The notes under the pieces were generated by a model that was given only the letters and a program-made list of their open reading frames with translations, ran no database searches and had not been told where the DNA came from. A stretch of 60,809 nucleotides of DNA, from contig KE561370.1 of NCBI GenBank assembly GCA_000442015.1, forward strand, positions 1-60,809, given 5' to 3'. Made by a program: the position numbers and the translations under genes. Shown piece after piece: positions 1-12,643 of the stretch (its first letter is position 1; each line of letters opens with the position of its first letter). This DNA comes from Rozella allomycis CSF55. Lineage: Eukaryota.

Positions 1-720
1 AAAAATTTAACAATCTAAAAATAGAATTAGAAAATATCAAAAATGGATCTAATTCTGAAATTTCAGAAACAATGAAAAAAATTGTAAAAAAGATCTTCAT
101 TCTAAAAATAGATTCAAAATTTGGTGAAAGAATTAATGGAGAAATATACCAAAGACAGCATTGGTCATTTTGATTACGCTTTGGCATCAACAGGAACAAA
201 GATTGTTAGATCTTTAACCACTTCAGATTATCATTCCCCAAATAATTTTGTTTCACGTTGGTTCAATTTGGGCATTAAAGGGAAACCACCAATAACTGCA
301 TTGACTCCTGATGTCTCGTTTGGAAATTGTTGGTCGTTTCATAATGACAAGGGTGTTCTCACAATCGCTCTCGGGAAAAGTACCATCCCTACTGATTTCA
401 CCATCGATCACATCTCCCAAAATTTAACCCTAGACATTTCTTCCGCTCCTAAAAACATTTCCGTATATGTAAAATAATCTATTTATTCTTATCGCAGGGG
501 TTCAACAAGGAAAGTGACAAAGTTCTACTTTCATCTTTTATTTTCGATCCTCATTTAAATCCAACTCAATCTTTCCCTGCCTCTGTAACTTCTTTTCTCC
601 ATTAACACTTAGAACATTCTGGATAAACCCGTTAAATTCATTCAACTACAAATACATTCAAATCACGGAAACAAAGATTTCACTTGTTTATATCGATTTA
701 GAGTTCATTCAATTAAATAA
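1..720 (+). CDS. SUN-domain (Sad1/UNC-84) nuclear envelope protein, 3' part, spliced
   Basis: Motifs DYALASTGTKIV, GNCWSF, FTIDHI..SSAPK; after two short introns the frame ends NHGNKDFTCLYRFRVH, the typical SUN C-terminus. The 5' end lies outside the window. Confidence 0.9.
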
Positions 721-796
721 ATAAAAATTTATCAATTTTCATCATTCAATTAAGTATTCTTTTTTTAAGAAATTAAAATAGATTTATTTATAAATT

Positions 797-1050
797 GCAT
801 TTCCGCTTTTCATATACACTCTGACCTTAATTCTTTGGGAATCAGCCTGGGATGGAGGGAGTTCTGAGGAGAACTGTCACACCTAATCCAGTTCACCATT
901 CAAAGATGGATCTTCCAGATCGCGATTGCCATGTACATGGGCGAATGGCCTATAGACTGATTCCGTCAGAGTGACGGATCAGAGGCGGCACCAGTAAAAC
1001 CTCAGGCGGAGACTGAGGAAAGGTATACCGCGGAATAGAGTAGCTCTTTT
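797..1050. other. GC-rich, highly base-paired island of unknown nature (candidate structured RNA)
   Basis: Nested complementarity: TTCCGC 801-806/GCGGAA 1030-1035; CACTCTGAC 817-825/GTCAGAGTG 965-973; GGAATCAGCCT 838-848/AGACTGATTCC 954-964; several internal hairpins. No known RNA family recognised. Confidence 0.35.
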
Positions 1051-1072
1051 CCTGCATTGATTTCTTGATGAN

Positions 1073-3402
1073 TCACAAAATCCACTTTAATAACTGATAT
1101 TCTAGATTTACACAATCAAGATCAAATACAAGCATTAATTGGCCCTGGTTTGTCTAGCTTCAGCGTTATTTCTTCCTTAATATTACAAAACTATAACATT
1201 CCAATATGCTGTGGTGCTTCCACTTCTCCAGAACTCGCAAACAAGATTCAGTATCCAAATTTCTTTCGAACAGTTCCAAATGATAATTTTCAAGCAACAG
1301 CTATAGCCAGCTTTGTGAAAAGTAATGGTTGGAACTCTGTTGCTATTATCGCTTTGAATGACGATTATGGCCAAGGTTTAACAAACAAATTTATGCAAGT
1401 AGCCAGAGATCTTGACATTGAAGTATTGGTAAGGACATCATTCTACGAAAATGATTTGGTTGATGGTCCTAAAAAGGCGGTTGATTTAGTAAAAGAAAGT
1501 GATGCCAGAGTGGTTTTGTTTTTTGGGTTTAGCACAGAAATTGTCTCGGTGATTTTATATGCAAAGCAAGTTGGTGTTTATTCCAGAGGATTTGTATGGA
1601 TTTGCTCAGAGGGCGTAGCAATCGACTATAATCGTCTTTCTAGTGAATCGAAAAAGTTAATTCAGGGAACATTGATTTTTCTGCCAAAAGAAGGGCAAGG
1701 GCCAGAATATGATCGAATGATAACATCTTATCAAGATTCAATATTAAACACAACTTCTCCTTATAGGTTGAATAATACCTTATCCATCCCAATGCCATTT
1801 TCAATGAATTATGCTTCTTGCTTGGATCTTCTTGTTCGCGGTATTGACAGAGTATATATAGCACAGGCTAATGCGTCTTTGGATGCACTTACTAATGGGA
1901 CATATCAGGCGAAACTTAAAGTCCCATCTTCGTTTCAATTTGATAATACAGTCATAACACCAACTGGTCATGTCTCATTAGATTGGAACGGTGAAAGAAT
2001 TGGCGAGTATTCTATTTACAACGCAGGTGAAACTGATATTGTTGATGTTGCCACATGGAGTAATGGAAACGTAATACTAAGCGGGGAATTGATTACTTAT
2101 CCAGGTGGTTCAACAGCTAAACCTTTAGGAAGAATTGATCCATCTGAATTGGCTGGTTACGTTTCTTCAACAGATGGGTTTGGGGTTTTGTCATTGGCTT
2201 TGGGCATAATAGGGATTGTATTAGTCACAGTAGTCATTCTGCTATTTATTAAATACAGGAAGCATAAATTACTGGTAAGTTCAAGTTTCCATGTAAGCAT
2301 ATTCTTATTGTCAGTTCTCTATTTGAACTTTTTGCAACTTATTATTATGCCTGGAATACCAACAAGTTCATTCTGTAAAGCGGACACGACACTTTTGGTA
2401 TTGTCCTTTTCTCTATTTTATGGGAACTTGATTGCAAAAAGTGTTCGATTGTATAAAATATTTTATGTCATAAAGACGAATGGCGGAAACAAATGGACAG
2501 ATAGGAAAGTAATCTTATTTGGTTCTTTGTTTGCTATGATAAACATTATTTTAATCATTATTTGGAATACTATAGACAATCCTAGTCCTATGATCTTAAA
2601 AAGACCGGGTACTAAAGACTATTTTTGGACATGCAGAAGTCAGTCAGCCTCATTCCAGTCAACAATGTTGACAACCATCCTTTTGTATTGTGGTATTATT
2701 CTTCTTGGAAACTTGATGATGGCTGTAAAAACTCGTGGAATTCCTTCAAAGTTTCAAGAAACAAAAACTATTGGATTATCAGTTTATAATTTAGCAATTG
2801 TTCTCATATTTGCCATCCCAACTTTAGTTAGTCAAAGTCTTGATTATCAATCAGCATTTGCTATAAAGGTTATAGTCATCGCCTACTGTTCCTTTTTTAA
2901 TCTTTTCACCATGTTCCTTCATAAATTGTTCTTAATATACTCGAACACTTATAGCAGTGGTACAAGCACAAAAGGTGCACAGAGTGAAAATGTAGAGTCC
3001 AAAATGGCACAAGAAGAAATTGGCAGGATGTACAAATCTTTTAGCAAAGTTTCCCTGAAAATCACATCAGGTTTTTCGATGTTTAATGAGTATCGTTTGT
3101 TTGCACTGATCTTGAATCAAGATAGTAAAAGCATTTATCTGATGCCTTTCATGCGAGCAACAGTTGAAGATCAATTGCAGTCATCTGGCCATTGTACGGC
3201 ATGGGTTCTTCCAACGTTGAAGGTATTCACTTGTGCCAAGAACGAAGCGAGTCTTTCAGTAAATGTGGTAGTCGAGAGTACAAAATATCATATAAAGTTC
3301 AATGAAAAGGATCAATATCAGAATTGGGTTAATATATTTGAGCTTTGGCAGACCAAAGTGTCTACGGCTGATTCCTTTTCTACGAAATTATTGAATAAAT
3401 AA
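1073..3402 (+). CDS. Class C (glutamate/GABA-B-like) GPCR: Venus-flytrap domain + 7TM + PH-like tail; 5' end truncated by an N gap
   Basis: The frame is open from the N at 1072 (..ALIGPG..). VFT motifs STSPELANK.QYPNFFRT.PND and WNSVAII..DDYG; 7tm_3 motifs LIAKS.RLYKIF and KTRGIPSKFQETK.I. Confidence 0.9.
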
Positions 3403-4197
3403 AAAGATTGCTTGTTTCAAATTTAACTTTTTTCTATTTTTATTTGTTATTTGAGAATGGTTTATTTTCTTGTTTTCTTCAGAGGGNTTTACAAACACGG
3501 CAAATTGTAATTAATCAATAAAAAAGTTGATATATTTTAAAAAAAATCTATTAATGAATTTTTTCATTAATTCTTAACATGGATAGTGAGTTCCTTTTAA
3601 AAATTAATTCATCTTCTTTAGAAGACTTGACTGTGAAGAATGTTANCTTAGAAGAGACCAGTTCAACATCAAGTTCTATATTGACAAATTGTAGCTAATA
3701 GGTATAAACGGGGTTTATATTATCCCATTTTGAATTAGACCAATCAAGAATTTGTTTCAAATGTCAAGTTGGAATAAGGCAATTTTGGCCTTTAATTCAT
3801 GAATTACTTAGAAGATATATCCCTGGATTATCGATTGACGATGCTGGAGAAATCTTCTTCCTTTATTCAAATTTTCAACACCTCTTTGCTCATTTGAANA
3901 GAAAAGCATGCAAAACTTTAATTGGAGTTAAAAGATAATTAATAAAATAGAGCAAATAATCCATATGCCCATATGAAATATATCTTAAGCTGCGCTCATT
4001 TAATGAGCGAAGCTCTGAAAATCTTGTTCCAATTTTCCAGACCCAGTGAGTCATAGACTTATTTTTGACTTGAGAANAATCATTCCTTTGCTTTTTATTC
4101 GATAGACTTCCTTACATGCCAATAAAATTCCTGGTGTTAAGATATATTCTCATAGAAAACAATAAATGCCTTTTAATTAAAATGTTTATTCAAAAAG

Positions 4198-5750
4198 CTA
4201 GTCTTCTCTGACTGGTATTTTCTCAATTGCCTTTTTCAAACTTGCAGCTTCTTGTATTAATTTTTGTCTCAATTCCTGACATTGCTGCTTGAAAACCCTC
4301 AAATTTTCTTGAACTAAAACTTCACAATATTTTTGAACGCTAATATCTGGCTCTGGAACAGGCGGAGACACGACCGCATTCTTCTGAATGTTCCTTGCCG
4401 ATGCGCTCATTGGGATTTGTACAAATGGATTGATTGAAGCCCTTGGAGTGGTAAAGTCATTAGCGGATTTAATGACATTCTCTTCTATATTTACAGGTAT
4501 CGTGGCAGTTGGGACCGCTTCTTCCAAAGGAACACTTTCTATAATCAATTCCGGCTCATTTTCATTAGTTTTATCAGAAACTTTAATTTCCGTTTCATCA
4601 GTTTCAATTTTAGCAGCTTTAGCCCTTAGACCTCTTTTAGGCCTTTCATTTTCAACACTCGGAACTGCAGCCGGAATATTCCTTTCTCTTAGCACCTAAT
4701 TTCAGTACATGGAGACTTTTACTCTTCATCGCTTTGGGGGCAATTCATCTACAACTTCATTTTTCTTTTTTCTTGTTTTCCGAGAACTTTCACTCGTTGA
4801 ACTAGCTGGAATCTCGATAGAAACAGCAGAAACGGCATCGTCATTAGTTTTTTCGGGAGTTATTTCAGCATCTGTTTCCTTTTCCTTTTCCTTTTCCTTT
4901 TCAATTTCAATTATTTCTTTATGCGTTTCGGACTTTACTGCCTTTGCCTTCGAAGTTTTCACGTTTCTTCCAGTTCTTTTGGCAACTGGTTTTTTCTTCT
5001 TTGAAACTGTAGGTTTAGACTGCATTGATTCATCCTCAATTGGCAATGACTGTATTGGTTCCAAAATCGTCAAGGTTTCTGCTACTGTGTTGGCAATCGA
5101 TGCCACACCTTCATCTGTATCTTCTTGAATATTGTTAGAATGCACAATGTGAGGACAATCATGCCTTCTCTGACGATGTTCTTCCCTATTTTACAAGTTT
5201 CAATATATTTTACCAAGGATCATCGTTTTTTTCCCAGTGGTCTAATTCCAAACCGCATGCGTAACAGGCCACGCAGTCTTTCACTGTGTCGCTTGGTGCA
5301 TAATAAAACCCTGCTTCAGCCATCTGTATTATTAATGCCAAAATCGTTTACCAATTTTGTTTTGGCTTTAGTGCCATGATATTTACTCCATCTTGGTAGA
5401 AAAGTTTTTAATCTCATCTAAATTTAAAAGCTGAAATAAATCTACGTTTTCATCATGAAGGTTGATGATTGGACAGTTTGGGCTCTCTTGCTTGTGGCGG
5501 CTCCCAATGTCGTCACTTTCATCCCAAGACGAAAGCACAACATCACAATAAATACATTTAACTGAGTCCTGACTTTTTCTGTTCCCGACATAATAAAAAT
5601 ATTGCTTTGCCAACTAAAATGTAAACATTCTGAGAGTATTACAAGTTCTGGGTTAGCTTTAAATCCTTCGTTGTGAGGCCAACTAAAAGGCAAGGAATAG
5701 AACGATTTTTCACGTTCTGAGCGAAGAAACAAAACTGCCCTTGCTGGCAT
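4198..5750 (-). CDS. BIR1: BIR-domain protein (Bir1/survivin-like, two BIR repeats), spliced
   Basis: BIR1: FYY..DSVKCIYC..LSSWDESDD...H...PNC. BIR2 (5130-5340): AEAGFYY..DCVACYACG.ELDHWEKNDDP..EH....C. Low-complexity middle and a coiled C-terminus. Confidence 0.85.
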
Positions 5751-6099
5751 TTACGAAAATTACGAAAATAAACCTATTTACGAAAGCTAAAAATTAGACA
5801 TTGAAGTTAAAATTTAAACTTTGACAGAGAAAATATATAATAAGTTAAAATTAACAGTAAAATAAGATAATAAGTTAAAAATGTTATTTATTGATAATGA
5901 TATGGAATAAGGACTATTCAAAGACTTACCATATCAAACTGTTACGCGTTTTCAAAAGAAAGATTCCATATACCCCATGGCAAGGATATTCGAGCCAATA
6001 TTATATAGATTACTTCTTGAGGCATTACTTCTAGATCATGCACTCTGATGGCGACATTAAAGTAAGTTTATAAAACCTAATAAAGAAAACAACTCTTTA

Positions 6100-8760
6100 G
6101 AGCAGTAAAACTTTTTAAAGTATTTCAATGGTCGTATTTATACAACTTCTTTCCTGAAATTTCCTTCTCACTTCTATTTTTAGGCTTTGCAGCTGTGTTA
6201 TACCCATAACATCAATATTTTTGCTAGCTATGGTGAGTAAGTCGCTAAATAATAAGCCAAGTGTGAGCATTCGGATTGCTGCTCTTCAATATCCGACAGA
6301 CCTTATAATTTACATTTCGATTGTCAATACATTCTTGAAGCACAGCGGATCTGCTATGAAAATCCGCCGTATTTAATCACCACTACGTCGGAATGCGTCT
6401 GGCACGGTTAACCCCTCACTTAACAGCTGTGGCGATGACTACATGGTCCATTTCCAATGTTGTGAGCCCACGACAGTAAAAACAATTCGCAACGTATTAT
6501 CAGTCATCCAAGGGGAAATTATATTTCCGCATCGAGGTACATCCTAAGACTACTAGATTTTATATTTGTTGATGGCTCCGTACAAATTTCGCGTAATACG
6601 GAACACCCAACGACAGTTGATGGCTTAAAAATTAGGGGCAACAGCTGGAGAGACACAGTGCCATGTGTTCGGGGGTTCTGGTAATGTACTCGGGATAGCT
6701 TCCATCCATGTGTTGTCATCTGGGCGCCCCGGACTATCTCTAACATTGGCGGGAACGTCAGGAATTTTCGTAATTCCATTGAGAGCAAGCCGTGATCTCC
6801 TGTAGCCGTCCGGCCGAATCTTGTTTCTGACATTTTGTCAGTGTCATTGTTAGAAGATTCATAGTTCCAACGTTCAGACACAACTGGACGGAAGCGATGT
6901 TGAGACTTCGAAAGATTATCTTCGTCCGAACTTTCTGCACGTGTTCCAGATACTGATTGCTTCATAAACCGATTCCCTCTCATGTTAACGTCTATTATCT
7001 TGTTCCACATATTTTTGGATCCAGTTCTCTTTCACAATCCGTGTTGCGTCTAGCAGAGGGTCATTCAGTGTGGCAGTTTTAGTGACTTGCGTTGAATTTC
7101 CGTGGATTGTTGCATCGGATGTTTAAAACGGTGACGCCATGTGAAATAGTAATTTCATTGGTTGATGGGTTGAAAAGTCGACATACTTTACATTTTAAGT
7201 CATAGCCAGCAACGTAGAAGTTGGCGGGCACGCGGTCCTAGTTTCTTGCGAGCATCCATGCGGGTCTGTTCATCTAACCAATTTCGTGTCAATGCCATGG
7301 GTACAGGTGGGACCAACAATATGGAATTCAAAAATGTGTGTAACAAGCGACTCGTATGGACCTTAAACGCTAATAAAGTAGATAAAACAAAAATGGATTA
7401 TTTGATTTTAATTCATTTGTAAATAGACACACATGTGCCATTTTAATAAGCAATCCAAATTTCAAAATGCCACTTCCAAAACATCCGCCACCTATATCGC
7501 AACAACTATGGGGGCTGTTATATTGGATGTGTTGAGTTGGAAGATTAAATGTGGGAGAGACGGGAGCAAAACTGGGTTACAGACACACATGCACACACCA
7601 CTCGACACAACCCCCTGCAAATCCCTTCACATCCCATAAAGTAAGTTTTGTATTCGAGGTCAAAAAGGTATTAACTCAACATGCCAATAATCGTTTATAA
7701 AGTCCGAGTCGTAAACTCCCCGTCCGATAAATTTCGGGCAAGCTGAAGAGTCTCTATTCTTACCTTTAATTGGTACGTGACGGTTTAAATCCTTTTCCAT
7801 CATCAAAACCATTAACACAAACAAATGAGGATGGTACAGAAATTTTGAAACCATAGAATTTGAGTCACCCAAATATGACGTTAATGTCGAAAACATGGTT
7901 TTATAAATGCTGACGAATATTGCAACCTGAGATAAGCTATCGCAGGGGACGCCCCGTGATCATGTCATGTTTATTTATATGCGGGTGGGTGAACACTGTT
8001 TTGTCTTTTCTTGACATTTTGAACACATTTCTCGTAAACCTTGCGAATCGTTTATTAGTAAAATATACTCAATGAATCATGATAAAGTTCGGCTATGCCC
8101 GACGAAAATTAATTCTTAAATACAAAGATTAACAATCCACACGCAATGAAATTGAGCGCTTTGGCTTAGCCATGACTAGATCCCACTCACGGTGTTACCG
8201 AATGAGGAGATGACGGATTTGAGAGCAGAGCCATCAACATCATCTACAGCGGCAAAAACGCAGAAGGACGTTACATGATTGGGACCACTCTCTCACACCA
8301 GATAAGCAAGACTAAATGAGAATGGCACTTGCAACGTGCGGGTATGTCGTTCAGACTGGTTGACGATGGCTACTGTCGGCGATTCACCTCTAGCATGCGA
8401 CCAGGAGTTCGATATTTAATGGCATTTAGTTTTCGATCTGTCGCGTATTATGTATAATTCGGATGCACGACGAAAATACGTTCCATTGTTCCACCAAATA
8501 ATCACTATTGTGTGATGCGGCTTTGAGATGAATCGATCGCCAAAACACAGGCTTCGTATGCGTGCAATCAACACAAAGTTGACTATACTGTAATTGTTTA
8601 CATACCGCCACCCTTCTGATATGATAGCATTGACAAAGGCTCCAAATAGACAATGACGAAAGGTATTTGTTGTACACGGATTTTTTAACCCTAGTATTTT
8701 GGTTTGATTGTTTCTTTGTTCCTGAGCCATAGTTCATGAAACCCGTGTTCATTGACAATG
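6100..8760 (-). mobile_element. Heavily decayed Ty1/copia LTR retrotransposon relic (gag?-PR-IN-RT)
   Basis: Minus-strand fragments in copia order: ESGPNHVT (protease-like, ~8290), GRG.Y...FINDY (integrase, ~7700), RKKLGPRA and GYDLKCKVCRLFNPSTNEITISHGV (IN C-terminus, ~7140-7250), WMEAI..NTW..AINCRWVFRITRNLYGAINKYK (RT, ~6560-6710), KVCRILKS (~6290). Many stops and frameshifts; no LTR identified. Confidence 0.8.
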
Positions 8761-8854
8761 GCTGAAGCTGTCTATAAAAAACAACAATTTAAACACTTTA
8801 CAAAAAACCTAATAAATGTCAAAGAATGACATTGTTGTTGTTTATAAATATATT

Positions 8855-10100
8855 AATGTTCAATCGCCAATCGGTTGAACGATTTCTCAATGTTACCCAT
8901 ATAGACGCCAATGATGGCAATAACATTCAGTTTGAATATTGAGATGTTCTCATCATGTGAAATCAATCTTTTTGCTTTATCTCGCAGTATTTGAACTACC
9001 GGCGTAGCTTCATTTCAAGTGTCAATATTCTCTTAATCTTTTGCATTCCCATATTAAATAACTATTGCGTGTGTATTCAAATCTTAGGTATCAAGTGTGT
9101 TTGTAGATGCTCGTACTGAATTGAAACTGTAACTTGAATGACGTACTTACAAACCCAAATCAATGACTGCAAAGTTTACGACGTTTCTGGGTCTACAATA
9201 TCGCGTCCACAATTGGCATCGTCCTCCACGCAATCCGCCAAATTGTTGACACATGCTACTGACAAATGCATTGGTATAACAAACCCACATTTTATAGTTT
9301 CTAAACTGGTTCGGATGACCACAACCAGCTGTGTCTGCTGATCTATGTTTTCTCCCTGTTTATCCCATTTTGATTTCTGCGTACCTCTATTAATCTTATC
9401 TCTATATATATTTGCACACGTTTCACTTGGTCTTTAAAACGATTGGTTTTGAGATTTGATTACATTTACGGCAATGACGTGTATATAGTTATTCAATTTA
9501 TAAATGTCCATGTTTCTGCATCTATCCTCAGAAATGGATGACAATCAGCCATTGTTTTAAAACTGGTTCTATAATGCGAACGGTAATCTTAACCACATGT
9601 GATCGCGCCTCAATAAAATGGCACGCACCTTCACAGAATTGACCTTTGAAACCACTACCAACAGAAGCATCAGTAATGAATCTATATAGACGACGGGCGT
9701 CGTGTCCCCGTGTCCCCTGTATACTACGAAACTATCAGTAGCTGTTATATAGACTGAAATGTCCGTAACACCCATTGTCTTACATTAAGCATATCTCGAT
9801 CCTCCAACACTTTTTCAATCACTGGCGACAATGATCCTGCTATTCTATTTTTTTCAAAAGCGTCCGTCAAATTCCTATTAATCATTAACATCAATCTAAT
9901 TCTTCCACCTACAATGTTATAGCTACTTTTCTACAAATCGTTGTAGTCCTCCCTCAATATTGCCTAGTATTCCAATGTTCACGCGTCAATATTTCCTCGT
10001 TAGCCCACTCAACATAATCTCATGGCGTCATGTACGTTATGCTCCCTTGTTATCACACACTATATCATCGTACCTTCCGTATATTTGATAAACTGCCAAT
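8855..10100 (-). mobile_element. Second decayed Ty1/copia fragment (RT-RNase H)
   Basis: Minus-strand HCRW..FDG..NSRIIVA (RT N-terminus), DSFVVY..PVVYIDSLLM (YVDD region, ~9670-9740), DDANCGRDIVD and SLIWVCK..VTVS (RNase H DADW.GD / SW.SKKQ-like). By-eye match to very eroded motifs. Confidence 0.6.
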
Positions 10101-10384
10101 AGTCCTTGGAGGAGGACGAAAAAAGGACAGCCCGTTTATGATTAATAGAATTTGTTGGTGTCACTAAAATATTGCGTTCCGCTCAACAACAAAATGCGGG
10201 AGAACCAGGAATTCATCACCGGCTTTGTTTTCAATCAAGCAAATAAACATCTCAAGATGAGCCATCTGTTCGACACTAATGAAGAAAAATTGACATTATA
10301 TTAATTATAGTTTTTTATGAATATGAAGGCCTAACAGTATTTTTTCTTGACTTTCAGAACAATCAAAAGTCTAAAACGTAAAAA

Positions 10385-10466
10385 TAGTGAGAGTGGGATT
10401 TGAACCCACGCCTCCGAAGAGATGAGAACTTGAGTCACACGCCTTAGACCGCTCGGCCATCTCACC
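10385..10466 (-). tRNA. tRNA-Leu(CAA)
   Basis: GGTGAGA..TGGCCGAGCGGTCTAAGGCG..CT-CAA-GT..long variable arm..GGTTCAAATCC..TCTCACT-A; 82 nt cloverleaf. Confidence 0.93.
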
Positions 10467-10859
10467 ATTGAAAATGATATTTTCATGAGTTATTTATACA
10501 TTCGCTACTTCTTCTCACTGATCCAGTTCCTTTTAAGGTCGTCTGATAACTTATGGACTATGGTGCCATCATCATGGCGGATGGTTCAAATATGATGCAA
10601 AGGTCCTCCTTATATGATGAATTGTCTTCACTCGAGCAACAATTATTGATAAATCTGTCAGTTTTTAACATAAATCAAAGTAATTTCACTGACGTATAAT
10701 ACTAATATTCTATAAATACATATTGTTTAAAGTAAATCATTTTTATTAAATTTTGCGGAAGGTATTTGACATGTGTGTTTATACAAAATAAATTGTGCCA
10801 TATTTTAATTTAGAATATTTGGCATGTTCAATAACGCCAGTTTTTTTGTTCTTTAGTGA

Positions 10860-10905
10860 GTTACAGGTTCAGTTACAAGTCAGTTACACGCCGGTTACGA
10901 GTTAC
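10860..10905 (+). repeat. Array of five GTTAC motifs
   Basis: GTTAC at 10860, 10872, 10883, 10894 and 10901. Confidence 0.7.
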
Positions 10906-10933
10906 AAGACCAGGGTCTGAAAAGTGAGCCATT

Positions 10934-10970
10934 CGCCTTAGACCGCTGTCCATCTCATCGTTGAAAAATG
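10934..10970 (-). repeat. Degenerate duplicate of the tRNA-Leu 5' end plus upstream flank
   Basis: cgccttagaccgctgtccatctcatcgttgaaaaatg versus cgccttagaccgctcggccatctcaccattgaaaatg at 10440-10476. Confidence 0.85.
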
Positions 10971-11032
10971 TGAAACATAAACAATCATAATGTGGTTTAG
11001 AATATATAACGTTATTTTTGTAAAATTTCGAA

Positions 11033-11925
<893 letters not shown>

Positions 11926-12007
11926 ATCAAATTTATTAAACTATCCGAGAACTACATTTATTGACAAAAACGGTTAAAATATATTAAGATGCTTTTTTCA
12001 CCCAAGA

Positions 12008-12580
12008 TTACCTTTCTATCGTGACAAAATTCATAATTGACGATGTCACCCAGCAAACCATCGATGTGCCTTGAAATACTAAAGAAGACAGAAGACATGG
12101 ATCAAAAATTTCATTCTTCAATTCCAGATTAACATTATGCAGCATCAAAATAGAATTTGATATTATGTTTAAGATATCCAATACAACTTCGATGAAAAAC
12201 CTTGACTTTGCCGATGAATAGAAATAGAATGGAAATATTGATGAGACTGTAAAAAATAATGATATAATCGCAGAGGTTGCACATCCAATGTACAGTAATG
12301 TTAAGGCGTTGTGAACATCTAGATTCTTTTCCAGTGTCAATGAATGTAAATTTTTGGTTTCACTGGACAGTAGGATTATTATAGCTGCTACGCATGAAAG
12401 AAAAGATATAACTCTTAATGATATTTTTGTTCCTTGTAGAGATTTTTCAAAAATCCGCACCTCCTTTTTCTTGTCATTGATATCAAATAAAAAATCATCT
12501 CTTGTCTGAAAATTTTTAAAATTTAAGGAAACGGGACTAGATAACTCTACGTCAGAATTAGTTGTAGACGTCGAGAGCAT
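12008..12580 (-). CDS. Hypothetical 4-TM membrane protein (MARVEL-like topology)
   Basis: 190-aa ATG ORF with four hydrophobic segments; the family is not certain. Confidence 0.55.
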   Translation of the reverse strand: MLSTSTTNSDVELSSPVSLNFKNFQTRDDFLFDINDKKKEVRIFEKSLQGTKISLRVISFLSCVAAIIILLSSETKNLHSLTLEKNLDVHNALTLLYIGCATSAIISLFFTVSSIFPFYFYSSAKSRFFIEVVLDILNIISNSILMLHNVNLELKNEIFDPCLLSSLVFQGTSMVCWVTSSIMNFVTIER

Positions 12581-12643
12581 TATTGTGATCTTTTTTGTGG
12601 CTTAGCTAATTATACATGAACAAATGTATGACTATTTATAAAT

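Noticed and set aside
855..950. Ribozyme or RNase P-like words in the GC island (CTGAGGA hammerhead-like, GGCGAATGG HDV-like, GGGAGTTCTGAG CR-I-like)
   Set aside because: The required partner elements (GAAA core, P2/P3 pseudoknot, CR-V) could not be found.
3480..4190. Short ORF-like pieces among single-N gaps
   Set aside because: Fragmented assembly patchwork with no recognisable product.
4388..5128. Plus-strand hydrophobic ORFs
   Set aside because: Antisense shadows of the charged BIR1 exons. The same applies to most short ORFs in the track.
8170..8700. Plus-strand frame with GDD and several in-frame TGA codons (possible code-4 viral RdRp)
   Set aside because: It also contains TAA/TAG, lacks other RdRp motifs, and is antisense to the copia protease/gag relic.
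8773..8846. Imperfect inverted repeat tataaaaaacaacaat / attgttgttgtttata
   Set aside because: Low-complexity sequence at the junction of two copia relics; cannot be assigned as an LTR or terminator.
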